A stretch of DNA of 64,000 bases from assembly GCA_963665075.1 (NCBI GenBank), contig OY762063.1, positions 2,422,844-2,486,843 of the forward strand, written 5' to 3'. Source of the stretch: Dehalococcoidia bacterium. Lineage in GTDB: Bacteria; Chloroflexota; Dehalococcoidia; Lucifugimonadales; GCA-2712585. Below, in pieces: positions 26,886 through 36,750 of the stretch (positions are counted from its first letter, which is position 1; each line of letters starts with the position of its first letter). The notes beneath the pieces are model-generated. The model worked only from the letters and a program-made list of their open reading frames with translations, ran no database searches and had not been told where the DNA came from. Position numbers and translations under genes: made by a program.

Positions 26886-26944
26886 TTGGACGCTTCCTTT
26901 GGCTATTGATGGTTGGCGTTGGGGGAAGTATAGCGGAATTGGGT

Positions 26945-27300
26945 GGAGGAAGGGGGAAGATGCCCTCGCCCCAACCCTCTCCCAGGATGGGAGAGGGGGT
27001 AAGGGAGAAGAGGAAGATGGATTCCCGCCTGCGCGGGAATGACGAATGAAAGGGGGGGCGGGAATGACGAATGAAAGGGGGGGCGGGAATGACGAGTAGT
27101 GGTTGTGGGAATGGTGGGGGCGCTCGGCCCTTCGTCCTTCGACAAGCTCAGGATGAGCTTAGGGTGAGCGGGAGCGGGGGAGTATCCTCACCCCAACCCT
27201 CTCCCAGGATGGAGGGCTTTGCGTAACTGCCAAATGCGTCATCAACCACGCCCGAATCACCCCCATCCTAACCTTCCCCCGTCGAGGGGGAAGGGAGAAG
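26945..27300 (+). repeat. Intergenic repeat cluster (E x2, A, half-A repeats, B, D-inverse, C)
   Basis: CCCAACCCTCTCCCAGGATGGGAGAGGG. GGATTCCCGCCTGCGCGGGAATGACG. GGCTTTGCGTAACTGCCAAATGCGTCATC...CACCCCCATCCTAACCTTCCCCCGTCGAGGGGGAAGG. Confidence 0.85.
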
Positions 27301-27325
27301 AGGGAATGGCGGAGGGGGGCGGGGA

Positions 27326-27904
27326 ATGCTGTTGGGGGGTATAATGGGGGGGATGGGGTTTTTCGGAAGACGCAGGGACGCGCTGGAGGATGAGCCGGGG
27401 ACGGCGGCGGCGGGACTTCTCGCCGGTTCCGTCGCGGCGATAGTCGGCGTTGCGGTCAGCATTCCGCTGGAATCGCCGAGCGACGCATACTTCAACAGCG
27501 CCTCGGTGTCGCTGGGATCGCTGGGGCTGGGGTTGGGCGTGGGGCTGTTGTGGCGGGTTCTGTCGTCGTGCGGTCGGAATCGGCTGCTGTATTTCAACGT
27601 GGTCATGTCGATGCTGTCCATAATGGCGGTGGCGGGGACGCTGGGGTTGGAGACGTATCTGGAGAGGTCGGTTTCCTTCATCCTGCCGCTGGCGTCGCTG
27701 GCGGTGGGGGTGACGTGGCTGCTGACGTTGATTCTGGCGCGGATGGGGCGGGCGCTGCCGTGGCGGCTGGCGTTGGCGACGGCAGCGATAGCGTTGGCGT
27801 TGGGGTTGGCGCTGGCGGGGCAGGGGGACCAGGAGGACGGGCGGTTGGAGCTGCCGCCGAGGAGTTCGATGATAGTTCAGGAAATGGGAGTTGACGCGTT
27901 ATGA
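27326..27904 (+). CDS. Multi-pass membrane protein, unknown function
   Basis: 192 aa with 4-5 hydrophobic helices. Overlaps the downstream YceI-like gene (ATGA). Confidence 0.55.
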   Translation: MLLGGIMGGMGFFGRRRDALEDEPGTAAAGLLAGSVAAIVGVAVSIPLESPSDAYFNSASVSLGSLGLGLGVGLLWRVLSSCGRNRLLYFNVVMSMLSIMAVAGTLGLETYLERSVSFILPLASLAVGVTWLLTLILARMGRALPWRLALATAAIALALGLALAGQGDQEDGRLELPPRSSMIVQEMGVDAL

Positions 27905-28818
27905 AGAGATTTTTAGGTTTGGTCATTGGCGGTTGGACGGCTGCGATATTGTCGGCGTTGATTGTCGGTCTGGTGATTTCAGGCTGTGCGGGAGCAACGG
28001 AGGAAGGGTTCGGCGTGTCGGACGACGAGGGATGGGGGACGCGGGCGACGGAGGGGTGGGAGACGCCGCCCCCGTCGGCGCCGCAGACGGTTGTGGCGGT
28101 GCCTACGGCGACGGCGATGGCGACGGCGACGCCCCTTCCAACAGCCACCCCGTTGGCGGCGACGGCGATGGCTACCGCGACGCCCTTGGCGACGGCTACG
28201 GCGATGGCGGTTACCCCGTTGGCGACGGCTACGCCGCTATCCACGGCGACGCCTTTAGCCGTGGATACGTCGGAGGGGGCGTCGCGGGGGACGGGGGAGT
28301 ACGAAGGGGTGACGTTCGTGGTGTCGGAAGGGTCGGAGGCGACGTTCACGGTGACGGAGAAGCTGGCGCGGCTGTCGCTGCCCAACGACGCGGTGATGCG
28401 GACGGCGGCGCTTACGGGGGAGGTGCGGCTGGACGGGGGGACTTCGTCTATCGACATTGACTTGCACTCGATGACGAGCGACCAGGCGAATCGGGACAGG
28501 TACGTGAGGTCGCGGATGTTCGCGAATCATCAGACGGCGACGTTTACGGTGCCTTCGGTGTCGGAGTTGCCGGAGGGGTTCGCGGATGGCGCGGAGGTGG
28601 AGGCGCAGGTGGAGGGGAGTCTGGAGATTCGGGGAATCACTGTGCCGTTGGTGTTTGAGGTGGAGGCGCGGGATGACGGGGATCGGGTGTTCATTCTGGG
28701 ACGGACGACGTTTACGTGGCAGGATATGGAGATTACGCCGCCGGTGGTGGGGCCTGTGCAGAGCATAGAGGATGAGGTGCGGGTGGAGGTTTTGTTGTCG
28801 GTGGAGCCGGGGGGATAG
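27901..28818 (+). CDS. YceI-like domain lipoprotein
   Basis: Lipobox VISGC. Low-complexity (A/T)ATPL linker. The C-terminal region has the YceI-like pattern (TFTVTE...LTGEVRLDG..IDLHSMTSDQANRDRYVRS...LEIRGITVPLVFEV). Confidence 0.8.
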   Translation: MKRFLGLVIGGWTAAILSALIVGLVISGCAGATEEGFGVSDDEGWGTRATEGWETPPPSAPQTVVAVPTATAMATATPLPTATPLAATAMATATPLATATAMAVTPLATATPLSTATPLAVDTSEGASRGTGEYEGVTFVVSEGSEATFTVTEKLARLSLPNDAVMRTAALTGEVRLDGGTSSIDIDLHSMTSDQANRDRYVRSRMFANHQTATFTVPSVSELPEGFADGAEVEAQVEGSLEIRGITVPLVFEVEARDDGDRVFILGRTTFTWQDMEITPPVVGPVQSIEDEVRVEVLLSVEPGG

Positions 28819-28824
28819 GGGGGT

Positions 28825-29395
28825 GGGAGGACCTTCACGCCAGCCCTCTCCCAGGATGGGAGTGGGAAGATGGGATCCCGCTTTTGCGGGAGCAAGTGGG
28901 CGCTGCTCGACCCTTCGGCAGGCTCAGGGTGAGCGGGGGAGTCACCCCCATCTCAATCTTCCCCCGTCAAGGGGGAAGAGGCTAATTGACGCTCTTGGGA
29001 GGTTATGCAAAGGTCTCTGTCAAGGGGGAAGGGATAAGAGGGGATGGATTCCCGCCTGCGCGGGAATGACGGTTATGCAAAGGTCTCTGTCAAGGGGGAA
29101 GGGAGGGGACTGGATTCCGGCTTTCGCCGGAATGACGGGCGTGTTGGGGGAGGGCGCTCGACCCTTCGACAGGCTCAGGGTGAGCGGGGGGAATGGATTC
29201 CCGCCTGCGCGGGAATGACGGGCGTGTTGGGGGAGGGCGCTCGACCCTTCGACAGGCTCAGGGTGAGCGGGGGGGATGGATTCCCGCCTACGCGGGAATG
29301 ACGAAGGTGGTTGTGGGAATTGTATGTGGGGGTGAGCGGGTTGGCGATGGGGTTGTGGCACAACGCAGGGACGACCGGCGGGTCGCCCATATAAT
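28825..29395 (+). repeat. Intergenic repeat cluster (E, A x5, B x3, C, D x2) including an 83-bp A+B unit in tandem
   Basis: A hairpins at 29046, 29112, 29195 and 29278; the last three are 83 bp apart with identical GGGCGTGTTGGGGGAGGGCGCTCGACCCTTCGACAGGCTCAGGGTGAGCGG. Confidence 0.9.
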
Positions 29396-29432
29396 AGATG
29401 CTGGGGGGGGAAGAAATTTGGAGGTTGATGAT

Positions 29433-30383
29433 ATGAAGTTCGGGGTTAGTTTGCAGAATCGGGGGGCGGGGGCCACGCCGGAGAATCTGGCGCTGGTGGC
29501 GCGTCGGGCGGAGGCGTTGGGCTTTGATTCGGCGTTCGTGGGAGACCACGTGGTGATACCGGAGTCGTTCATTTCGGAGTATCCGTACAGCGCGACGGGG
29601 GAGTTCACGGGCGCGGCGTCGGGGGAGTGGCTGGACCAGCTGACGGTGTTGACTTACGTGGGGGCGAAGACGGAGCGGATCCGGTTGGGGACGGGGGTGC
29701 TGATTCTGCCGCATCGGAATCCGGTGGTGGCGGCGAAGACGCTGGCGACGATGGACGTGCTGTCGAAGGGGCGGCTGATTGTGGGCGTGGGGGTGGGCTG
29801 GCTGCGGGAGGAGTTCGAGGCGTTGGGGCTGCCGCCGTTTTCGGAGCGGGGCGCGGTGGGGAACGAGTATCTGCGGGCGTTCAAGGAATTGTGGACGCGG
29901 GAGAATCCGAGGTTCGAGGGGGAGTATTGTGGATTTTCGGGGATAAAGTTCGAGCCGAAGCCGGTGCAGAAGCCGCATCCGCCGATATGGGTTGGAGGGG
30001 AGAGCGGGCCGGCGCTGCGTCGGGCGGCGACGCTGGGGGACGCGTGGCATCCCATCGGGTCGAATCCGCGGTTTCCGCTGGTGACGGCGGAGGATATGCG
30101 GCGGTCGGTTTCGAGGCTGCGGCGGTATGCGGAGAAGGCCGGGCGGGATCCTTCGGAGATTGGGGTGGCGTACAGGCCGCCGCGGTATCTGCTGGGGTCG
30201 GAGTCGGACAGGGAGCAGCCGTTCATGGGGACGGCGGAGCAGATTGCGGAGGACGTGGCGGAGTTCGCGGAGGCGGGGGTTGGTCACCTGGCGTTGGACT
30301 TCCGGCGGGATGAGGTTGGGGAGACGGTGTCGGTGATGGAGGAGTTCGCGGAGCGGGTGATGCGGTTGGGGGCGGGGGTTTAG
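29433..30383 (+). CDS. Luciferase-like monooxygenase (LLM) family flavin/F420-dependent oxidoreductase
   Basis: MKFGVSLQNRG...LGFDSAFVGDHVV...RIRLGTGVLILPHRNPVVAAK. ATG at 29433 follows GGAGG. Confidence 0.85.
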   Translation: MKFGVSLQNRGAGATPENLALVARRAEALGFDSAFVGDHVVIPESFISEYPYSATGEFTGAASGEWLDQLTVLTYVGAKTERIRLGTGVLILPHRNPVVAAKTLATMDVLSKGRLIVGVGVGWLREEFEALGLPPFSERGAVGNEYLRAFKELWTRENPRFEGEYCGFSGIKFEPKPVQKPHPPIWVGGESGPALRRAATLGDAWHPIGSNPRFPLVTAEDMRRSVSRLRRYAEKAGRDPSEIGVAYRPPRYLLGSESDREQPFMGTAEQIAEDVAEFAEAGVGHLALDFRRDEVGETVSVMEEFAERVMRLGAGV

Positions 30384-30545
30384 GGGGCGCTCGACCCTTC
30401 GACAGGCTCAGGGTGAGCGGGGGTTGGTTGGCTCAGGACAAGCCCTTCGACAGGCTCAGGGTGGGCGGGAGTTGGTTGGCTCAGGACAGGCCCTTCGACA
30501 GGCTCAGGGTGAGCGGGGGTTGGTTGGCTCAGGATAAGGGTAAAG
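30384..30545 (+). repeat. Module B-type repeats, 48-bp period x2.5
   Basis: TTGGTTGGCTCAGGACA(A/G)GCCCTTCGACAGGCTCAGGGTG(G/A)GCGGG starts at 30424, 30472 and 30520. Confidence 0.9.
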
Positions 30546-30547
30546 GG

Positions 30548-31102
30548 TTAGGAGGGGGTTATTACGCCGCAGGCTACGCGACCGCCGGCGCCGGCGTCGG
30601 CCCCGTAGGTGTCGGCCTTTTCGTGGACGATGATGGCGGAACCGTCGGCGTCCAGAACCGAGTTGGTCTCGCCGGTTTGGACGGTGATGGCGACGTTGAA
30701 GAAGTCGGCGCGGGCGGAACCGTCGGCGTTGGCGTAGATGTTAGGCAAGTCTCCGGCGTGGCTGCCTTCCGTATTCATGTAGCCGTGGGCCAATCCTTCG
30801 GGCGCGAAGTGGTCGCCCGCGGCGGAGAAGTCGGGCGCGCATTTGCCGGTTTCGTGGATGTGGAACCCGTGAGGGCCGGGGGGCAAGCCGGCGAGGTCGG
30901 CGGAAAGCAGCACGCCGCCCATTCCCTGGGTCAGGGTCACCGCTCCCATAGCCTCCCCCTGGGGGCCTGTCATTTCCGCGCGGGCGGTGGCTCCAATATC
31001 GGCGGGCTGGGTGTCCGATGACGCGCAGGCGGTGAGGGCGGACAGGAGGAGGACGGCAGTAATGGCGGAGAAGGCAATGGCGGGGATTCGCATTGTTCGC
31101 AC
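30548..31102 (-). CDS. sodC: Cu/Zn superoxide dismutase, lipoprotein
   Basis: GFHIHETGKC, HAGDLPN and GGRVACGVI. Lipobox LTAC. Confidence 0.9.
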   Translation of the reverse strand: MRTMRIPAIAFSAITAVLLLSALTACASSDTQPADIGATARAEMTGPQGEAMGAVTLTQGMGGVLLSADLAGLPPGPHGFHIHETGKCAPDFSAAGDHFAPEGLAHGYMNTEGSHAGDLPNIYANADGSARADFFNVAITVQTGETNSVLDADGSAIIVHEKADTYGADAGAGGRVACGVITPS

Positions 31103-31204
31103 TCCTTTGGCAGCGGGTTGGGCGCGATTAGAGAATGAGTCTTATAGTCTAGCAAAGGCGCGGTACGGCAACAAGCGCATCCTGGTTCACGGCTTTCGTT
31201 GGGA

Positions 31205-31600
31205 TGATAGGGACGCTCGACCCTTCGACAAGCTCAGGGTGAGCGGGGGTTGGTTGGCACGGGGCAGGCTCTAATCTTCTCCCGTCAGGGAGACCTTTGC
31301 GTAACTGCCGGATGCCTCGTTCATCCCGCCCGAATCACCCCCATCTCAATCTTCCCCCATCAAGGGGGAAGAGGTTTTTGGGAGATCTGGGAAGGTTATA
31401 CAAATATCCCCATCAAGGGGGAAGAGGTTTTTGGGAGATAATGAAAGGGGTATGCAAGGGGCAGCGTCCAGGGGGAAGGGAGAAGATGGATTCCCGCCTG
31501 CGCGGGAATGACGGAGGGGGTTGGCGGGAATGATGGGATGGGGGCGCTCGACCCTTCGACAGGCTCAGGGTGAGCGGGGGTGGGAATTGGGGTGGCGTGG
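31205..31600 (+). repeat. Intergenic repeat cluster (B x2, D-inverse, C x2 with internal duplication, A)
   Basis: GGGAGACCTTTGCGTAACTGCC at 31288. AAGAGGTTTTTGGGAGAT is duplicated. GGATTCCCGCCTGCGCGGGAATGACGG at about 31487. Confidence 0.8.
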
Positions 31601-31781
31601 AGGGGAATTGGGGTGTTTGTAAAGTTGCGGGGGTGTGATATGCTAGGGGAAGCACTATTATTAACTCTCACCACGCTCGGGCTTGAGATAAAATCGGCTT
31701 TGCCAAATGCACTATTCGCTTTCTTCAGGATTTCCCTCAGGGCCGAAGGGTGGACGGGAGTCGTTGTTGGGTAGTTAGGCA

Positions 31782-32828
31782 GTGTTTGTAAGACTGGCGT
31801 CCTTTGTCGTATTCGCCATAATCGGATGGCAGGTTAGCCTTGCGCTTTCTCCGGCCTCGGACGAAGGCATGCGCTACCTGCCGTGGGGCGTGGCAATCAC
31901 CGCCATCGCCATAGTCAGCGGCATTGGGGGAGGCATCTACGGGCCGCGCCTGATCAACACCCTGACGAGGGCGGTGGACGAGGTCTCCCGGGTGTCCCTG
32001 AGCACCATCGTATCCGGCACGCTGGGGCTGATAGTGGGGCTGATTGTGGCGGCGCTGGTTTCCATCCCCTTCTTCCAGCTGCCGGGGGAGTTGAACTGGA
32101 TAATCCCCTTCATCATCATGGGCACCTTCGCCTTCGTGGGGCTGTCCATCGGGCTGCACAGGGAGCAGGACTTGCACCTGATATTTCCGGGAGCGGGTGG
32201 CGGTTCGCGAGCTTCGACGGGGACGAAGATACGCATTCTCATGGACACGAGTGCCATCATCGACGGGCGAATCGGAGACCTGAGCGAAACGGGCTTCGTC
32301 CAGGGCTCGCTTATCGTCCCGCAGTTCGTGCTGGACGAATTGCGGCACATCGCCGACTCCAGCGACTCTATCAGGAGGACGCGCGGGAGGCGGGGGCTGG
32401 AAGTCCTGTCCAATCTGCGTCGAAACAATGATTTGCCGATACAATTCACGGACGCGCAGGTGCCGCGGGGCGGCGAGGTGGACACGGAGCTGGTGCGGAT
32501 GGCGAAGGAGATGAAGGCGTTTATTCTCACCACGGACTACAATCTGAATCGGGTGGCGGAGCTGAACGGGGTGCACGTGCTGAACGTGAATCAGCTGGCG
32601 AACGCGCTCAAGCCGGTGGTGCTGCCGGGGGAGACGCTGGCGGTGAACATAATCCAGGAGGGGAAAGAGGTGGGCCAGGGGGTGGCGTTTCTGGACGACG
32701 GGACGATGGTGGTGGTGGAAGGCGGGCGTCGCTTCATCAACTCCATCCAGGAGGTGACGGTGACGCGGGTGCTTCAGACGGCGGCGGGGCGCATCATCTT
32801 CGCGCAGCCGCGGGGCATGTATAGATGA
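31782..32828 (+). CDS. Membrane-anchored PIN/TRAM-domain protein (YacL-like)
   Basis: N-terminal TM helices. PIN core ILMDTSAIIDGRI...VPQFVLDELRHIADS. C-terminal TRAM-like region. Sits upstream of ispD-ispF, as yacL does in Bacillus. Confidence 0.8.
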   Translation: MFVRLASFVVFAIIGWQVSLALSPASDEGMRYLPWGVAITAIAIVSGIGGGIYGPRLINTLTRAVDEVSRVSLSTIVSGTLGLIVGLIVAALVSIPFFQLPGELNWIIPFIIMGTFAFVGLSIGLHREQDLHLIFPGAGGGSRASTGTKIRILMDTSAIIDGRIGDLSETGFVQGSLIVPQFVLDELRHIADSSDSIRRTRGRRGLEVLSNLRRNNDLPIQFTDAQVPRGGEVDTELVRMAKEMKAFILTTDYNLNRVAELNGVHVLNVNQLANALKPVVLPGETLAVNIIQEGKEVGQGVAFLDDGTMVVVEGGRRFINSIQEVTVTRVLQTAAGRIIFAQPRGMYR

Positions 32829-33535
32829 GGGCGGGCGAAACTCCTTCCCCCGGCGCGGTTGGGGTGGTTATCGTGGGCGCGGGCAGGGGCGTCCGGATGG
32901 GCGGGCCGGACAAGATTTTCGCGCCGATCAGGGGCGTGCCGGTTATCGCGTACTCGCTGAGGACCTTCGCGGCCATGCGGGAAGTGAGCCGAATTTCGTT
33001 GGTGGTGACGTCGGAGGGGCTTCGTGACGCGCGGCGGCTGTCGATGGCGTTCGGGATGGGGAAGGTGGCGGAGACGTGCGTGGGCGGGGAGCGGCGTAGG
33101 GATTCGGTGCGGGCCGGGTTGGAAGCTCTGGGCGAGTGCGACTGGGTGGCGGTGCACGACGCCGCCCGGCCTCTGGTGGACGGGACGATTATCCGGCGGG
33201 GTCTGAAGGCGGTGTCGGAAACGGGCGCGGCGGTCTGCGCCGTGCCGGTCAAGGACACCATCAAGGTCGTTTCGGAAGACGGGGCGGTGTTGGAGACTCC
33301 GCCGAGGGAGAGTCTGTGGCAGGTGCAGACGCCGCAGATATTTCGTTACGAAACGCTGATGAAGGCCCACGAAGAATGCGACGGCGACTTCACGGACGAC
33401 GGGGCGATGGTTGAGAGTCTGGGGGTGGCGGTCAAGGTGTTTCCGGGGTCGTATCGCAACGTGAAGGTGACGACGCCGGAGGACCTGGCGGTTGTTGAGG
33501 CGTTGATGGGGCAGGCGCGGGCGGCGGCCTCGTGA
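32825..33535 (+). CDS. ispD: 2-C-methyl-D-erythritol 4-phosphate cytidylyltransferase
   Basis: VVIVGAGRGVRMG..DKIF...VAVHDAARPLV...VKDTIK. Confidence 0.9.
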   Translation: MRAGETPSPGAVGVVIVGAGRGVRMGGPDKIFAPIRGVPVIAYSLRTFAAMREVSRISLVVTSEGLRDARRLSMAFGMGKVAETCVGGERRRDSVRAGLEALGECDWVAVHDAARPLVDGTIIRRGLKAVSETGAAVCAVPVKDTIKVVSEDGAVLETPPRESLWQVQTPQIFRYETLMKAHEECDGDFTDDGAMVESLGVAVKVFPGSYRNVKVTTPEDLAVVEALMGQARAAAS

Positions 33536-34014
33536 GTGTGCGGGTGGGCATGGGATTCGACGCCCATCCTCTTGTCGATGGAAGGCCGTTGATTCTTGGG
33601 GGCGTCGGAATTTCCTTTGAGAAGGGGCTGTCGGGGCACAGCGACGGGGATGTGGTCGTCCATGCAATTATGGACGCGATGTTGGGGGCCGCCGCTCTGG
33701 GGGACAAGGGGGTGCATTTTCCTTCCGGCGACGCTTCTTTGGAGGGGATTTCAAGCCTGACGCTGCTGGAGCGGACGGTATCGCTGGCGGCGGGGCGTCG
33801 GTGGCGGGTGGTCAACGTGGATGCTACAATAATCGCGCAACAGCCCCGGTTGGGGGCTTTCATCGACGAAATGCGGGAGAACGTGGCGCAGTCGCTGGGA
33901 ACGCAAAAGGCGAACGTGAGCATCAAGGCAACCACAACGGACCGGATGGGATTCGCGGGACGGGGCGAGGGCATAGCGGCCTGCGCCGTGGCGCTGGTAG
34001 AGGCCATCGAATGA
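33532..34014 (+). CDS. ispF: 2-C-methyl-D-erythritol 2,4-cyclodiphosphate synthase
   Basis: RVGMGFDAHPL...LGGVGI...GLSGHSDGDVVVHAIMDA. Confidence 0.95.
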   Translation: MSVRVGMGFDAHPLVDGRPLILGGVGISFEKGLSGHSDGDVVVHAIMDAMLGAAALGDKGVHFPSGDASLEGISSLTLLERTVSLAAGRRWRVVNVDATIIAQQPRLGAFIDEMRENVAQSLGTQKANVSIKATTTDRMGFAGRGEGIAACAVALVEAIE

Positions 34015-35486
34015 AATTGTACAGCACACTTTCCGGCGCGGCGGCGGAGTTCGCGCCCGCCGGGGAGCGGGTGAAGATGTACGTTTGCGGCATCACGCCC
34101 TATTCGTCCAGTCACGTGGGTCACGCCTTCAGTTCCGTGGTCTTCGACGTGCTTCGTCGCTACCTGGAGTTCAAGGGATTCCGGGTGCATCACGTCCAGA
34201 ACTTCACGGACATCGACGACAAGATAATCGCGCGTTCCACGGAAGAGGGCGTCAGCTACAGGGAGCTTTCCGACCGGTACATCGAGGAGTATACGGATGA
34301 GTTGGCGCGGCTGCGGGTCGCGCCCGCCCACGTGTATCCACTGGCTACGGAGGCCATTCCCCGGATGTTGGAGATCATCCGCAAGCTGGTGGAGAAGGGC
34401 CACGCCTACGAGTCGGGGGGAGACGTTTATTTTCGGGTGGAGGGCTGCGAGGGGTATGGCAAGCTGAGTCATCGTTCGATCGACAGCATGATTGCCGGCG
34501 CGCGGGTGGAGGCTTTGGAGGGGAAGGAGCACCCGATGGACTTCACGCTGTGGAAGGCGGCGAAGCCCGGCGAGCCGGCGTGGGAGAGTCCGTGGGGGCC
34601 GGGCCGGCCGGGGTGGCACATCGAGTGCAGCGCCATTGCGTTGGAGCATCTGGGGGAGACGCTGGACATTCACGGCGGCGGGCAGGATCTGGTGTTTCCC
34701 CATCACGAAAACGAGATTGCCCAGAGCGAAAGCTATACGGGCGTGACGCCTTTCGCTCGCTTTTGGGTGCATAACGGGATGATTCGGATGGGCGAGAGCA
34801 AGATGAGCAAGTCGCTGGGGAATCTGGTGGGGGTTTCGGATGCGTTGGAGGGTCACAGCGTTGACGCGCTGCGGCTGTTCTTCCTAGGCTCCCACTATCG
34901 CAGTCCGCTCAACTACAGCGACGAAAGTCTGGACGCGATGGAGCGGGCGGCGGAGCGGCTTCGGAACGCGCTGAGGCCCGGGGCTGACGCGTCGGTAAAC
35001 GGGAAGCTGGACGCGGACCCGTTCGAGGCGCGGTTTACGTCCGCAATGGACGATGACTTGAATACGCCGCAGGCTATGGGGGCGCTTTTCGATTTGGCGC
35101 GGGAGATAAACCGGGCGAGGGAGCGTCGGGAATCGGTGGACGCCGCGCAAGCGCGGCTGCGGCGGCTGGGGGGCGTGTTGGGGTTGGCGCTGTCTGAAGA
35201 CGCGCAAGGGCAGGACTTGCCGATGGATGCGCTGATGAGTCTGTTCCGGGAGACGGGGTCGCAGCTGAACGCGTCGGGGCAGCACAAGCTGGCGGGGTGG
35301 GTTGAGGCGCACTTGCAGGACAAAGATGGGGAGACGATTGTGGAGACGCTGCTGGCTATCCGGCGGGAGCTGCGTCAGAACCGGGAGTATGAGATGGCGG
35401 ACGCGATTCGTTCCCGGCTGGGGGAGATGGGCTTTGCGTTGGAGGACAGCGCGGATGGGACGACGTGGCGGTTTCGGGCTTCGTAG
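34011..35486 (+). CDS. cysS: Cysteine--tRNA ligase
   Basis: MYVCGITPYSSSHVGHA (HIGH-type), HIECSA and KMSKSLGN. The ATG at 34011 overlaps the ispF stop. Confidence 0.95.
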   Translation: MKLYSTLSGAAAEFAPAGERVKMYVCGITPYSSSHVGHAFSSVVFDVLRRYLEFKGFRVHHVQNFTDIDDKIIARSTEEGVSYRELSDRYIEEYTDELARLRVAPAHVYPLATEAIPRMLEIIRKLVEKGHAYESGGDVYFRVEGCEGYGKLSHRSIDSMIAGARVEALEGKEHPMDFTLWKAAKPGEPAWESPWGPGRPGWHIECSAIALEHLGETLDIHGGGQDLVFPHHENEIAQSESYTGVTPFARFWVHNGMIRMGESKMSKSLGNLVGVSDALEGHSVDALRLFFLGSHYRSPLNYSDESLDAMERAAERLRNALRPGADASVNGKLDADPFEARFTSAMDDDLNTPQAMGALFDLAREINRARERRESVDAAQARLRRLGGVLGLALSEDAQGQDLPMDALMSLFRETGSQLNASGQHKLAGWVEAHLQDKDGETIVETLLAIRRELRQNREYEMADAIRSRLGEMGFALEDSADGTTWRFRAS

Positions 35487-35494
35487 CGGTTGCG

Positions 35495-35716
35495 AATTTG
35501 GTTGGGACGGGCGACCACAAGGGTCGCCCGTACAAAGGATGGGAGTGCGCCTGCATCAAGGGAGAAGATGGATTCCCGCCTACGCGGGAATGACGAAAGG
35601 GGGCGCTCGACCCTTCGACAGGCTCAGGGTGAGTGGGGATGGATTCCCGCCTACGCGGGAATGACGAAAGGGGGCGCTCGACCCTTCGACAGGCTCAGGG
35701 TGAGTGGGATGGATTC
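35495..35716 (+). repeat. F-like hairpin, then a ~71-bp A+B tandem array (units 1-2 and the left part of unit 3)
   Basis: GGGCGACCACAAGGGTCGCCCGTAC. A hairpins at 35570 and 35641, and a truncated GGATTC at 35711-35716 where the IS begins. Confidence 0.9.
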
Positions 35717-36750
35717 GCTAGACTCACAAACGAAGTGCAACGTCTTGTTAAGGTGTTGGCATGGGAAAGAGATATAGGCAGATTGACATCAGGGAGCGGT
35801 GTGAGATATCCCGCCTACGCGAGGAGGGACGGACGATATGCGAGATTGCGGCATCTATGGGTCGCGCGAAGTCGACGATCAGCCGGGAGTTGAGGCGCAA
35901 CGGCAAGAAGAAGGGAGAGTATGAGCCGGTGTACGCGGAGCGACAAGCCGTTGGGCGGAGATGGAGGGGGTCGAAGCTGGAGCGTGACGACGAGTTGCGG
36001 GAGTTGGTTCTTGCCGGACTCAGGGCGGGATTGTCGCCGGAGCAGGTGGCTTGCAGTCTGGAACTGCTCAAGGGGGAAAAGGTGATATCCCACGAGAGCA
36101 TCTATCGGTTCGTGCACGGACAGATAGGGAGGACGAAGGACTACGGGTGGCGGAACTATCTGCCCCGGAGGAAGTCAAAGCGGGGATACAGGGGACGAAG
36201 GGGAGGGAGTCCGGCGTCGTTCATCAAGATGAGGCGGTCCATATGGGAGCGGCCTGAGTGTGCGGAGACGCGGGATGCGCCTGGACACTGGGAGGCGGAC
36301 TTGATGATGTTCAGCCGGCACGGGCAGGCGGTGTTGGCGCTGCATGAGCGGCAGTCGCGGATACTGTTGGGAGTGAGGCTGGAGAGCAAGGCGTCGGATC
36401 CGGTGGCGGAGGCTATGGAAAGGATGTTGGCGCCTTTGCCCGCGGAGTGGCGTCGGACGATGACCTTCGACAACGGGACGGAGTTCGCGAAGCACTACCG
36501 GCTGCACGAGTTGGGGATGGAGACCTTCTTCTGCGACGTGAGGTCGCCGTGGCAGAAGGGGGGCGTGGAGAACGCCATAGGGCGTCTGCGGCGGACGCTG
36601 CCGCGGAAGACGGACCTGGGGGCGTTGTCGGATGAGGAGTTTGAGCGGTTGTTCCTGGTGTACAACAATACGCCGCGCAAGTGCCTGGGCTTCAGAACCC
36701 CGGCGGAGGTATTCCTATCTCAGGCGTTGCACTTGAAATGTGAATCCATC
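35717..36750 (+). mobile_element. IS30-family insertion sequence (1034 bp) with 26-bp imperfect IRs and a 3-bp TTC target duplication
   Basis: IRL GCTAGACTCACAAACGAAGTGCAACG versus the reverse complement of IRR, GATGGATTCACATTTCAAGTGCAACG (19/26 match). TTC at 35714-35716 and 36751-36753. Removing the IS plus one TTC restores a perfect module A hairpin. Confidence 0.8.

Noticed and set aside
26886-27150. HigB toxin gene upstream of higA
   Set aside because: The region consists only of the shared leader and repeat modules. The ORF 26903..27145 is translated repeat sequence.
31620-31781. Structured RNA or promoter in the non-repeat leader upstream of the yacL-like gene
   Set aside because: I found no convincing -35/-10 pair or conserved RNA motif by eye, so it is left unannotated.
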